Source of the DNA: Heteronotia binoei
Lineage: Eukaryota
Assembly: GCF_032191835.1 (NCBI RefSeq)
Contig: NC_083223.1
Span: 250,170,001 to 250,234,000, forward strand
DNA: 64,000 bases
Reading direction: 5' to 3'
Below the pieces are notes generated by a model, which was not told the DNA's origin, made no database searches, and was given only the letters and a program-made list of their open reading frames with translations. Shown here in pieces: positions 46,945 through 58,700 of the stretch (its first letter is position 1; every line of letters starts with the position of its first letter). The position numbers and the translations under genes were made by a program.

Positions 46945-49900
46945 GTCTATGCAATGCAATCTCTACCAATAGTCATCTCATCTCTTTCTTTTCCTGCAGG
47001 GTAGGGAGCAGTTCTTCTCTCTATTCTTGCTTGTGGTGGTGGGCAGAGCCATCAGGTCACAATCAACTTATAGCAAGCAAACCCTGTAGGATTTTCAAGG
47101 CAAGAGACAACCAGAGGTGGTTTGCCATTGCCTGCCTCTGCATAGAAACCCTGGACTTCCATGGTAGTCTCCCATCAAAAGACTAACCAGGGCTGACCCT
47201 GCTTAGTTTCCAAGATCTGATAAGATTGGGCTAGCCTGGGACTTCCAGGTCAGGGCATTCTTGCTTACCCTCTGCAGTTTTGCAGTCCTTAGGAAAGGCA
47301 AATCAAAAGCACACCTTCTGGTTTACTCTGGTAGAATGACTGGCATATACAGCGCAGAATATTGAACTGTCTATCATTTTTCCTAAAGTGTTTTAGAATG
47401 AAACATTCCCAAAGACACAGCAAAACACAAAAAAGCTGCCACGGACAACACCGCAAGGGCAGCGACACACATGGTGCATATTGAGCACTTCAAAACTTTT
47501 CTTGCTTCTGATGATTTCATCATGACTTTTTTTCTTTTTAAGAACTCTAGGAATGGTATTTGGGGAGGCTGCTGAGAATTTGGTAGCAAAGAACTTCTGA
47601 CACTTCCACAAAACTACTACAATTCCCGCAGGTGTTGGCTGGAAGATGTGGAAACTTAAAGCAGCCTTGAAACTGATGTACGCTAGTGACCAATTTACTA
47701 AGAAGCCACATACTAAGAAGCACAAGAAGTCACATACTGAGCTGTAGCCGAGGTGAAATTGCTGCTGGAGACGCTCCACGTACCTCTTTTTTGAAAATTG
47801 TGTAAAAAATCTATATAATTAAATCAATATTGGTCCCAGGTCTGATGAAGACTGAAAAGAAACAAGTACTTAATCGATTGGCTTGTCACCACACTACTTT
47901 GGGACTTGAATAGACATGTTTTGGACATTTGGACTGATTTCTATATACTTCTTAGTAAATTGGTCACTAGCTTGCATTTTTTGTTGTGTTATCCATTAAA
48001 GTGACCTCTCTCCGATTGTATTCCATTGAAACTGATGTAGGCATGGGAAGTATTTTGCACATGGGGGTACTGGCAACAGACTCATAAAAGGTTTCATATG
48101 GGATCATGCTAGCAGGAGGAAGGACTCCCCTGTGTAACACCCCCACCTTGATACTACAAGATTTAGCTAGTACTAGGGCTTGTTCCCTGGAACTCTGGGA
48201 GAGTACATCTGAAGATGATGATATTGGATTTATATCCTGCCCTATACTCTGCATCTCAGAGCAGCTCACAATCTCCTTTATCTTCTTCCCCCACAACAGA
48301 CACCCTGTGAGGAGGGTGGAGCTGAGAGAGCTCTTACAGCAGCTGCCCTTTCAAGGACAACTCCTACAAGAGCTATGGCTGACCCAAGGCCATTCCAGCA
48401 GCTGCAAGTGGAGGAGTGGGGAATCAAGCCCGGTTCTCCCAGATAAGAGTCTGCACACTTAACACTGCACCAAACTGGCTCTCAATCTGAGATTGTGCAG
48501 AGTGTGTGCCCCCCCCCCCCCAGCTGCTGGAGCCAGCACAGAAAGGCACACCTTTTCCCCGATAATAGCTGACCCTTGTTTATTCTGACAGGCCTTCATA
48601 ATTCAACCAGCTTCTTGTGTGGACCTAGCATTGGGGGAAGCCACTCTTGTTGAATGTTTGCTAGCTCTACAAAAGGTTTTTTACATTTTAACCCCAGCCT
48701 TCCTTCAAAAAAACTGAGGATGCCATGTAAAGTGCCTCTCCATTTCATCCTCCTAACTCAGCAAAGTAGGTTAGGGCCAAGACAGCAACTAGCTGCAGGT
48801 CACCCAATGAGTTCCACGGCTGAGGGGCAGGGTTTGAACCTGGATCTTCTCAGTCCAACACTCTAACCATGGCAGCCCACAACTGCTCTGTTGCTGTATA
48901 CAGGTGTGTGGAAGATGACTAGCTGAGCAATAGGGTGGCCAATTCCGCCCTGGACAATTCCTGGCAATTTGGAGGTAGTGCCTGCAGAGGGGTCAGGTTT
49001 CCCTAGAGTTTGTCCTTTGAAGCTGCCATTTTCTCCAGAGGAATTGATCTGTGTAGTCTGGAGATCAGCTGTAATTCTAGGGAAACTCCAAGCGCCAGCT
49101 GGAGGTTGCAACCCTACATGAGTACGTTGGCTGCCTGACTTGAAACCTAGAAGCAGGGGATGGGGATATGCCAGTAAACTGCACACACACACTCTCAACT
49201 CTTCTGGTACCATGGAGGACTAGGAGAAGAGGTAGGCATATGCCTGAGGACTAGGAGATACGCATCTCCTTGCACAGGAATTACCCTACAGGATACATGT
49301 GGGAGAAGATGCTCACTTGTGCACTCTCCAGCATTGCTTGAGAACTGATTGTGAATAGGGTCTCTCTAGGTGGAGTCACACACTCCTGGCATCCCTCCCA
49401 GGATGGACTCCCAGGGGTGGCCAAATGTGGCTCTTTCACACATCTTGTGTGGCTCTCATAGCCCCCACCACCCTGTCAGCCAGCTTGGAGAAGGCAAATG
49501 CGTTAAAGTTGTTTTCTTTCCACCTCCCCTCCCCCCATCTATTTGCATTCCTCCCTTCCTTGCAGCTCCCAAACATCTGACATTCATGTCTTGTGGCTCT
49601 CCAAAATCTGATGTTCATTCTATGTGGGTCTTACATTAAACAAGCACCCTGAGTGAATGCACCAACAGCTGAAGTAGTACGCTAGGCATTCTTCAATCGC
49701 ATTCAGTGAACGTGGTCAGCCCCCAGTAGGGCGTGGTCAGTTCTGGATTGTGAATTTCCTGGAGGTGGGGGGTTGGGTTTGAACCTGGGGAGGGCAGGAT
49801 TTGGGGAGAGGAGACCTCAGTGAGGTACAATTCCATAGAGTCCACCTTCCAAAACAGCCATGTTCTCCAAGGGAACTGAAGTCTTTCACCGGGAGAACAC

Positions 49901-49949
49901 GATTGTAATTCTAGAAGAACTTCAACCACCACCTGGAAACTGGCAACCC

Positions 49950-50570
49950 CAGCGTCTAGAAACTACGCGCACGTGTGAACCCAGTGTTGAGGGCAAGGGA
50001 AAAGTACTGTGTACATGATCCGTGGCGTTCTGCTTCGCCTCTTCCAGGCCTAAGACGCGGCATTTCAAACCACTCCCAGGCCCACAAGAGGGAAGGGAGC
50101 GAAAGTGGCTGGGCGGGTCGCCCGCTTCAGCCCCAGGGCGTCTCCCCGCAGCCAGGTAGCAGGGAGGCCTGCCAAGGGACGCCGCCTCTTTCCCAGCAGT
50201 TTCCGGGCGCGCAGACTCCAAGGCGGCGCTCCTCCCCGGCCACGGCGGTGGCGCTAGCTTTGGCTCGCCGGGTCAGCTTTGCGGGCGTCCTCCAGCCTCA
50301 TGGAGCTGGCGGGGTCGACGAGGAGCCGCAGGCGGGAGGAGCGGCCCTCCCCAGAAGGTGAGTCGCCCTATTCTTCGGTGCTGGATCCGAAAAGCGTCTC
50401 CGGACACAGGATAGAAAGGGGCGCGGCTGGAGGAAGGATGCGCTAGGCACCGGGGGTAGGATGGGGGGCTTTTCAAATGCTTTCCCGCTTTGTAGGGTCC
50501 AACGAAATCTAATGCGAAGCTAGGAATGCTGCGGTTTACACGGTGCCGTGGCCTGTGGGAACTGCGGCGC
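49950..50570. promoter_or_regulatory. CpG island, probable gene promoter
   Basis: Abrupt GC- and CpG-rich block in otherwise CpG-depleted DNA. E-box CACGTG at 49970-49975, strong donor at 50358. Confidence 0.8.
50300..50357 (+). CDS. Putative first coding exon (or uORF in a non-coding first exon) of an unidentified gene: MELAGSTRSRRREERPSPE
   Basis: ctcATGG start inside the CpG island and consensus donor AAG|GTGAGT (phase 1). No downstream exon recognised and the peptide is not recognised. Confidence 0.45.
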
Positions 50571-51329
50571 AGGACCTAGAACTCTGGGGGGGGGGGGGGG
50601 AGGAGAGAGCGATTACTAAGTAGGGTTGCCTGCCTCCAGGTGGGGCCAGGAGATCTTCCGCTTTTATAACTGATCTCCAGCTGGCAGAGATCAGCTCCCC
50701 TGGAGAATATGGCTGCTTTGAAGGGTGGGCTCTATGGCATTGTATCCTGCTGAAGCTTCCCCTCCCCCCCCCCCCCCCAAACCCCGCTGTCTCCCAGATA
50801 CACCTTCAAAGTCTCCAGGTATTTTCCAACCCAGACCTGGCGACTGTATTGCTCAGGCTTTTAAAGGAAGTCGTTTCTCAGAGGGGGCAACCCCTCAAAG
50901 CTGTTTTCAATGCCAGGGTACAGCCCTGGAAGTTGTATCTCCCGGTCCAGACCCTTGCAGAATGCTTTTCCTGGCTTCTTATCTAACTCATTCTCATCAG
51001 ATTTAAGGTTTTCAGGGAAAGAGAGAATAGTGTTTTCAGGTCACTTAGTTCCAGCATGTCTCATTCTAAAATATAGTCCTGCAAACAGAAAAGAGTGCCT
51101 GCGACAAAGTGTCTGAATAAGAGAAGAGGGGACAAGTGAGTTAGGCCCCGTGCAAGTTCAGCAACAGGGCCAGAAGGCCAGTTCAGTAGAGCCTTTGACA
51201 ACAGGACATTGAAGGGGAGAATCACAGCTTTGCTTTCAAGTAAAAATGCTCCAAAGGTGTAACAAGCAATGCAAGTAGACAGGTGGCAGGAGGTAGGGAC
51301 AGCTCCCTGCATGGCACAGATGGGTATAT

Positions 51330-52910
51330 CATGTAGGCAGAACACAAGGTGCTCCCGGCTCTCTCATGGTGGGTTTGTTTGTTCCTTTGAAGCTAAGGTT
51401 GCTGACCTGGAGAATCTGAGTGACCCAGAGAGAGGTATATGGATAAGGCTGTCAGCATCCATGCTGACGGTCCTCTGCTGTCCTGGAGAATGAGGGTCTC
51501 ATCATAGGTGGTCATTGAGTGGAAGGGAGAGGGAAGCAGGGCAGGATTCTTCACGCCTTTGGGGATCCCACCTTGTGTCTGAAGTAGTCAGATCAGTTCT
51601 TGTGTGTGCAGTGATTAGATTCAGGACCACAATATCGAGACCTTTGTATGTCATTTTCCCAACCTGAAACAGTTCCTGGAGATCTGTTTAGAGGAACCCA
51701 CATGTTCCCTAGGATTCACATGGGTTTTCCCAATGGATTTAATAGCACAAGGGGCAAAAATAGCAGAAGGGGAAGGCTGAAGCTTCTCTATATGCACAGT
51801 GGTTCTGGTCAAGAGTTGCGCACTCGGGAATTAAGGAGAACCAACCCACAATTCATACGTGATTGTGGTACAGCTAACATAGGGTGGGGGACCCAGACCC
51901 TACCTGAGGACTCTAATGTGCTCACTCTGACAGCTTCCTTTGTGGAGTTGGGGGCAAGGCAAGGGCTTGTCCATAATTAAGGAGGTAGATTTCTGATAGA
52001 TGTTTTGACCTTATAGTGACATGCCTGTCAAGTGCAGAGGTGGAAGTCATTGTGTGCAGTTCAGATAGTAGGCTGTTAGGGAGTGCAAAGGAAGAATTGG
52101 CTATTGTGGTGCATGGCGGCACCAGCAGCTTTGGGAAATGTAGTTGTGTGGTCCTGAGAAGGGAATGTCTTATGTAATGAATGTCTAGGGCTTCCAAGAT
52201 AGCATTATTTTAAAAATGTTACCTATTCCATGCTGGGCATATAGGAACCTTTATGGAGAAACTGACTCTGTACACAGCGGACATGCTTCACTTGAGCTGA
52301 AATGGAGCCCGACTGCTGGCATTTAAGTCTCCAAAAGGTTGCAGAGCCGCTTTTACAACTAACTCCTGTGGAAAAATCAACAGTAGCTGGGGAGCCCAGT
52401 TTGGGATGACTCATCCATAAAGGGTGATGAGGTAAACGTTCAGGGTCATCTAAATGAAGATGGGCTAGAATTTTACAATGAATATATGCCAGAAAATGAC
52501 AGCCACTTTTTAAAAGCCAAAAGGGTTGTGGGAGGAAAAATATGTCTGCCAAGAAAGCTTGGCAAGGGAAACAAGGCACAGGTGTTTGCATGCAAATATT
52601 GGAAGCCTCTGAGGGAACATGGGGGAACTGGCATGCTTATACTAAAGAATATAGTTTGCCCAGAGGAGAAGGGGGGGGGGGAATCAGTGAGACATGGTCA
52701 TTCCTGGATATAAACTTTATAGAAAGGCCAGGGAAGGATATGTTGAAAGGACTGCAGCTCAGTATACCAAAGAAAGCATAGAATCTGATAAACTTGAATA
52801 TGTAATAAGAATAAATTCCACCACAGAATTACTATTGGTGGACATAGCAGGCCCAGAAAGTAATTTAATACGTCCCTAGTATTATCAGCCCCCTGACCAG
52901 AATTCTAAGA
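51330..52910 (+). mobile_element. Decayed CR1 LINE: ORF1 (SGNH-like) and ORF2 endonuclease fragments
   Basis: Broken frames RLLGSAKEELAIVVHGGT (ORF1 esterase) and GISETW...IPGYKLYRK...YYQPPDQ (APE endonuclease). Confidence 0.7.
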
Positions 52911-54214
52911 ATAACCTTTATTTTTATTTATTAGATTGACATGTCCCTTTTTGAGCACAAGAACCTCTGGCTTATAACTTTAATGTACACTTTTCCTCCG
53001 CTGCTCTGCCTCAGATATTATTCTGTTGAGGGTTTCAGCTTGGCATGTGAGGGGTGATATATACTCTGGCCCTTCCTCCCAAGCCTAGAGATCTTTAATG
53101 CCCTGGGGACTAAGCAGGGAGGAGCCAGATCTTGCTGCTTCTCAGATGTTATTCCATAGATGACTTTCTGAGATAGAGAAAACAATAACAGAGGCAATGT
53201 AATAATGAGTGACTTCCAACTACCTTCCCATTGACTAGGTAAGTGCATATTTGTGACAAAGAGAGAGAACTTAGAGATGTCATAACCCACTGTGCTTCTT
53301 GGAACAGTTAGTCTCAGACCTGATGAGGAAAGAGGTGATCTCAGACTTAGTTTGTGAGTGTTGCTGAGAACCTGGCATAAGATGGGAGGTTTGTTAAACA
53401 AGTTGGGAATGTTGACAACAGCATTCATAGAAATGGAAAGTTGTTTTAAAAGGTGGGTGTATGCAGGTAGATAAGGAAACTTGGAAACATGAGGGGATTA
53501 GTCAAAAGGCAGTTGGAGGGGAAAATAAAGGGGGCCACATCTCTTTAGGATGCTCAGAAGTCATTCAGTTAGAATAGCGTGGAGAAGCTGCCATCATATT
53601 TGTGAGAGCTAGTTTGGTGTAGTGGTTAAGTGCATGGACTCTTTCCAGGAGAACCGGATTTGATTCCCCACTCCTCCACTTGCACCTGCTGGAATGGCCT
53701 TCGGTCAGCCGTAGCTTTCACAGGAGTTGTCCTTGAAAGGGCAGCTGCTGTAAAAGGCTCTCTCAGCCCCACATACCTCACAGGGTGTCTGTTGTGTGTG
53801 TGGGGGGGGAGGAGATAGAGGAGATTGTGACCACTCTGAGACTCTGAGATTCAGAGTATAGGGTGGGATATAAATCCAATATCATCATCAAATCTAAGAG
53901 GATCCAGTATGGCTATCAAGGGTATCATAAGTATTTATCAGTCTCCCTCTGTTGTCTTCTGCTCATGGGTGAAGACTTTTTTTTTGTTTTGTTTGGGGTG
54001 CCTCTAGTAACTTTTATGGACTGTACAACACAACCCCCGGTTGTGTTGTATTTGTATGTTTACATCAATTGTATAAACGTTTTAAAATGCCACTTAAACG
54101 GTTAAATGTCTGCTGCATTTGGGCCCGATTTGGGTAGGAAAGTGGCACAGGAATGTTTCAAATAAATAAAAATACATATAATAAAGGCAAGAAGTTTTTC
54201 ATTACCCAAGCAAG

Positions 54215-54500
54215 GAATACGAACTTTGAAAAGCTTTAACAGAGTCCATCACCTAAGGCTTCTTGAGTAAACGTAGCACACCTGGGGTCAGAGGACAGAT
54301 TCTTACATGGATTAGTAGCTGGCTGAATGACAGAAAATGGAGAGCAAAAATACACAGACAAGTTCTTGCAATGGAGGGAAGGACCAGTGCTACTTAAATT
54401 TGTTCATCAGTGATGTAGAATTGGGGGTGTGCAGTGGAAAGGCTACATCTGCAGAAGGTGCCAAATTATTCAGAACTGGAGAAACTGAAGTGGATTGTAT
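54215..54500 (+). mobile_element. CR1 reverse transcriptase fragment
   Basis: GVRGQILTWISSWLNDRK...LFISDVELGV...AKLFR is a degenerate FADDTKLF region. Confidence 0.75.
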
Positions 54501-54929
54501 TCCAAGAGAAGAAGAGGATAAAAGATTGCTTTTATACCCTGCCCTTCACTCAGTCTCAGAGCAGCTTACAATTTCCTTTCCCTTCCTCTCCCCACAACAG
54601 ACGCCCTATGAGGTAGGTGGGGCTGAAAGAACTGCTCTTAAGAGAACAGCTCTGAGAGAACTGTGGCTTGCCCAAGGTCACCCATCTGACTTTATGTGGT
54701 GGAGTAGGAAGTCAAACCTGCTTCTCCCAGATTAGAGTCCATTCTCCTAACCGCTACATTGAACTGGCTCTCTCAGAGGATCCCTTTGTACTAGGCGAGT
54801 GGGCACAACAAAGTGGGAAATGAGATTAATAGAATCATAGATTTGGAAGGGACTGCCAGGGTCATTTCGTCAAAGCCCCTGCACAATGCAGGAAATTCAC
54901 AAATACCCTCCCACCCTCTGGTGCCCCAA

Positions 54930-55490
54930 GATCATTTTATTTTGGAAAATGGTACTTAACAAAATAACAGATCACAGGAATGCGACTACCATTATCCCTT
55001 GAATTTATTTTATTGAATTTTAGGAAAAGTCATAAAATAACCTTGGTTAATAAAAGAAGAATTGCTTTTCTAATCTATGCTGCCAAAATAGCGATTGTGC
55101 AAAAATGGAAGGCTCCCACTATAACTTTGTGGCATATGAAGAATCGGCTTCCACTTTAACTTTGTGGCATATGAAGCTGTGGAATATTTATATAATGGCT
55201 AAGTTAGCCGATATGAAAAAAAAGCTTCTAGACCCAGAAGTAGACTTATTTTTTTTCTATTTGGTCCCCTATTATAGAATATCTGCAGAAGAATGGTGAA
55301 ATTCCCAAAGTGATTAATATACTTCAATTATGGTAAATCTAATTGTTAATTGTTATCTCTCTCTTTCTCACCAATACCTAAGGCTTTAATTAGACAATAT
55401 ATTCCGTTCTTGACCTTGTACTTGCAGAAAAATGTTAATTTTGCATTTTGGTTTGTATCATATTGTAATTTACATTATAAAACAATAACA
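54930..55490 (+). mobile_element. L1/Tx1-type LINE ORF2 3' end with an internal 35-bp duplication
   Basis: AAKIAIVQKWK...KLWNIYIMAKLAD resembles the L1 ORF2 C-terminus, followed by an AT-rich tail. ggctcccactataactttgtggcatatgaag is repeated at 55111 and 55146. Confidence 0.6.
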
Positions 55491-55491
55491 T

Positions 55492-55722
55492 GTTATTAGG
55501 GTTTGTAGAATTTTTCGGGCTCAAGTGCCGTGTTCTACTGGAGAAAGTTTTTCTTCCAGACGTTTCGTTCTCAGCTGCGGAGAACATCCTCAGTGGCGTT
55601 CTCCGCAGCCGAGAACGAAACGTCTGGAAGAAAAACTTTCTCCAGTAGAACACGGCACTTGAGCCCGAAAGATTCTGCAAAGCTAATGATGTTACCAGCT
55701 GTGAAAACCTGAAATCTTTAAT
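55492..55722. mobile_element. Penelope-like element (PLE) remnant with an inverted pseudo-LTR, forming a fold-back
   Basis: Arms 55502-55585 and 55598-55681 are reverse complements with 3 mismatches in 84 bp around a 12-nt loop. Carries the gacgtttcg/cgaaacgtc hammerhead signature typical of PLE pLTRs. Confidence 0.75.
55556..55596 (-). ncRNA. Minimal type I hammerhead ribozyme (PLE-associated)
   Basis: Minus strand reads CCA-CUGAGGA-U-GUUCUC(CGCAGCU)GAGAAC-GAAA-C-GUC-UGG: intact CUGANGA/GAAA core, 6-bp stem II, GUC cleavage triplet, palindromic ACGU helix III, 3-bp stem I. Confidence 0.75.
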
Positions 55723-58700
55723 AAAATGTTATTTCAACATGCCCAGAAGATAATTTTTTCCATGCTCAGAAGATGATTTTTTAAAAAAACAACCCTTCAT
55801 GATCCCTGGCCAAACTCGACTGGAAAAAAAAATTGCTGACTAACCCCAAAGTGGCAATCAGCATTTCCCTGGGCATGTAAGAAAGGGCCATGACTCAAGA
55901 ACTAAGCACTGATGCAACCTTTCCTGCCCTCCATCTCATGATCTGCCTAAGTTCACAGAATCAGCATTGCTGACATGGCCATCTAGCCTCTGTTTGAAAA
56001 TCAAAGAAGGAGAGCCTACCACCTCCTGAGGAAGCCTGTTCCACTGAGAAACTGCTCTAACTATCAGGAAGTTCTTCCTAATGTTTAGCCAAAAACTCAT
56101 TTGATTTCATTTCAGCCATTTGTATTGTATTTTTGTGTTTTCTGGGGCAACAGAAAACAACTCCTCACTATTCTCTATATGACAGCCTTTTAAATACTTG
56201 AAGATGGTGATCATATCACCTCTCCAGGCTTAACATACTGAGCTCCTTCAGCCTTTCTTCATAGGATAGTCTCCAGACCACTCACCATCCTCTGGACATG
56301 TTCAAACTTGTCTATATCCTTCTTAAATTGTGGTGTCCAAAACGGAACACAATACTTCTGGTATGAAGTGATGCAGACTGGAGACAAAAGTCCTAATTTT
56401 TCATAGATGGTAGTAAGATGTGAGTGCTGACAGACCTGGAAAAAGATCTTGGGGTAATGGGTCTCCCTAGAAATAGGAGCTCATTGCTACAGGATCTAGC
56501 ACCAGCAACCAGCTTCATTTTTGGAAAGGGCTGGACAAATTCACCAAAGGTTTGTCCATCAATAGCTGTTCATCACAATGGCTCAATGGAACCTCTGTCA
56601 ATGTACATACTAGTTTTTGGGGAGCAGCCATAGGGAGAAGTTGGTGGCCCTGCTGTGGGTTTTTGGGGGAGTGGTAGGAAACAGGCATTGGATTAAATGA
56701 ACTATCCATCTGATCCAACGTGGTTTATGTTCTTAGAGAAATTTGCCAGTGCCCTTTGCTTCCAAATTTAATGTGTTCCTCAGCTGCTTGTAATTCTTCA
56801 GTGAAACGGTAAGGTAAGTAACTCTGGACATGTTCAGAGGTGTTCCCTGCTGGGCTTTTATGTACCCCTACATTGATTGAAAGCAAGGTTGAGAGTTAAA
56901 TATTCCACCCTGGCTGTGTGCCTGTTTTGGTGTATGTGTGATTCTGTTCTCCGTCAATTCCTGCCTCAGAAATAATATGAAAGTGGAATTACTTGGTCTA
57001 GCATCAGAATCTCAGTGCACATGACAAACTTCCAAATAGCCTGTAATCCCTCTGTTGTATGTGGTAATGTTGCACATTAGTGGCAGAAGTTATGGGCCTT
57101 TGACCCCTACTGTTATCATTAATTGGAGCAGCTCAAGGTTTCATGGCTGCCATGACAACCATGGGGCTGTCTTAACTGACGCTGAATTCACCTAGTGTAA
57201 TGGTGGAAGAAGTAGGTTTTTATCCCCTGCTTTTCTCTACCTTGAGGAGTCTCAAAGTAGCTTATAGTCACCTTCCCTTCCCCTCCCCACAGTAGGCATC
57301 TTGTGAGGTATGTGGGGCTAAGAGAGTTCTGAGAGAACTGTGACTGGCCTAACGTCACCAGCATGCCTGTGGAGGTGAGGGGAACCAAACCCAATTCTCC
57401 AGATTATAGTTCACTGCTCTTAACCACTGCACCATGCTAGTTCTTTGTTGGTCAGAGTATCAGCCTAGAAACTAGGAGACCCAGGTAAAAATCCCTCCTG
57501 GGACATGAAAATTTGCTGGATGACCTTGGGCCAATCATACTTAGCTTAATTTACCTCACAGAGCATTGTGAAAATAATATGGAGGATGGGAGAATAGGAT
57601 TGTAGGCTGTAGGCTCCACTTAGGTGGGCAAAGCAGGATGTAACTAAAAAAAAAATTAGTTAGAACAGGCCATCCCCTGGATTTGGTGTTCTGGGCAAGT
57701 TAGGATAATGGTGCTCTGGGAGTGGTAGTGCTGTGACTCCACTGTCAGGTATAGATTTCAGCAAGCACAGAATCATGCAGAAGTGTGGGTGGGTCAATTA
57801 ACATGATCTGCCCTCAAAGGGAGATGGATCCACATGGCTTCCTGATTTCCCAGTTTGATGTGACTGACAATGCATACAACAGATTTAGTTGTTCTCTGGA
57901 ATCAGGAGGCTTTGTGAATGGCAAACGCTATGGCTCCTGTTCATGCATGAATACGCAAAGCTACCGTGTACTGAATCAGACCCATGGTTATTCTGTCTTT
58001 TGAGACTGACAGTCCATCTCCAGGGTTTTGGACTGAGATTTTTCATATCACCTAGAAGCAAAGATGCCAGGGATTGAACATGGGACCTTCTACATGCTAA
58101 GCTGGTGCTCTGCCACTGAGTCATGCCCCCTCCCCAGTGGCCCCAGCTCACAGTAGTGACTGTTTCTTTGTGTGATGAAGCAATTGTGACAATGTTTGGA
58201 GTGAAGATGGAGGAAGACTTGAGCCAAATCTGACCAAATGCAAACAAGATCCCATTTGTATTGTACTTTTGTGTGTGTGTAGATTGTTTATGGCTTTTAA
58301 AATGTTCTAAGCCACCCTAATTATTTATCTTAAATAGAAAAATAGGATATAGATATTCTTAATATAGCACTATATATGTGCCTGTGGCACTTTATGGGAC
58401 CTCATAGACAAAACAAAACAAAAAGACAAGTCTCAGTAGTTTACGTTCTGAACTTCAACAAGGCTTTGGGGGGTGGGAGTAAGATGGGAGAAGGGGGAAA
58501 CTAAAAGAGTGACACTGTAGCACAGTAGCTAAGATCCCAGTCGCATGCACACACACTTGACAGTAAGCCCTGTTGAACATAGTGAGACATAACTTCCAGC
58601 ACAGGATAAGGTTATCAGCAAACTAGAAGTCCATCTCAGCTACAAAATCATGGGTGTACTACTGATCTACACTGCTGGGGTGTCATGAAAGTTTCTGAAA

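Noticed and set aside
47616-47627. ACTACAATTCCC (ZNF143/THAP11 motif)
   Set aside because: Not in promoter context. This string is common in squamate MITEs and the surrounding sequence looks repeat-derived.
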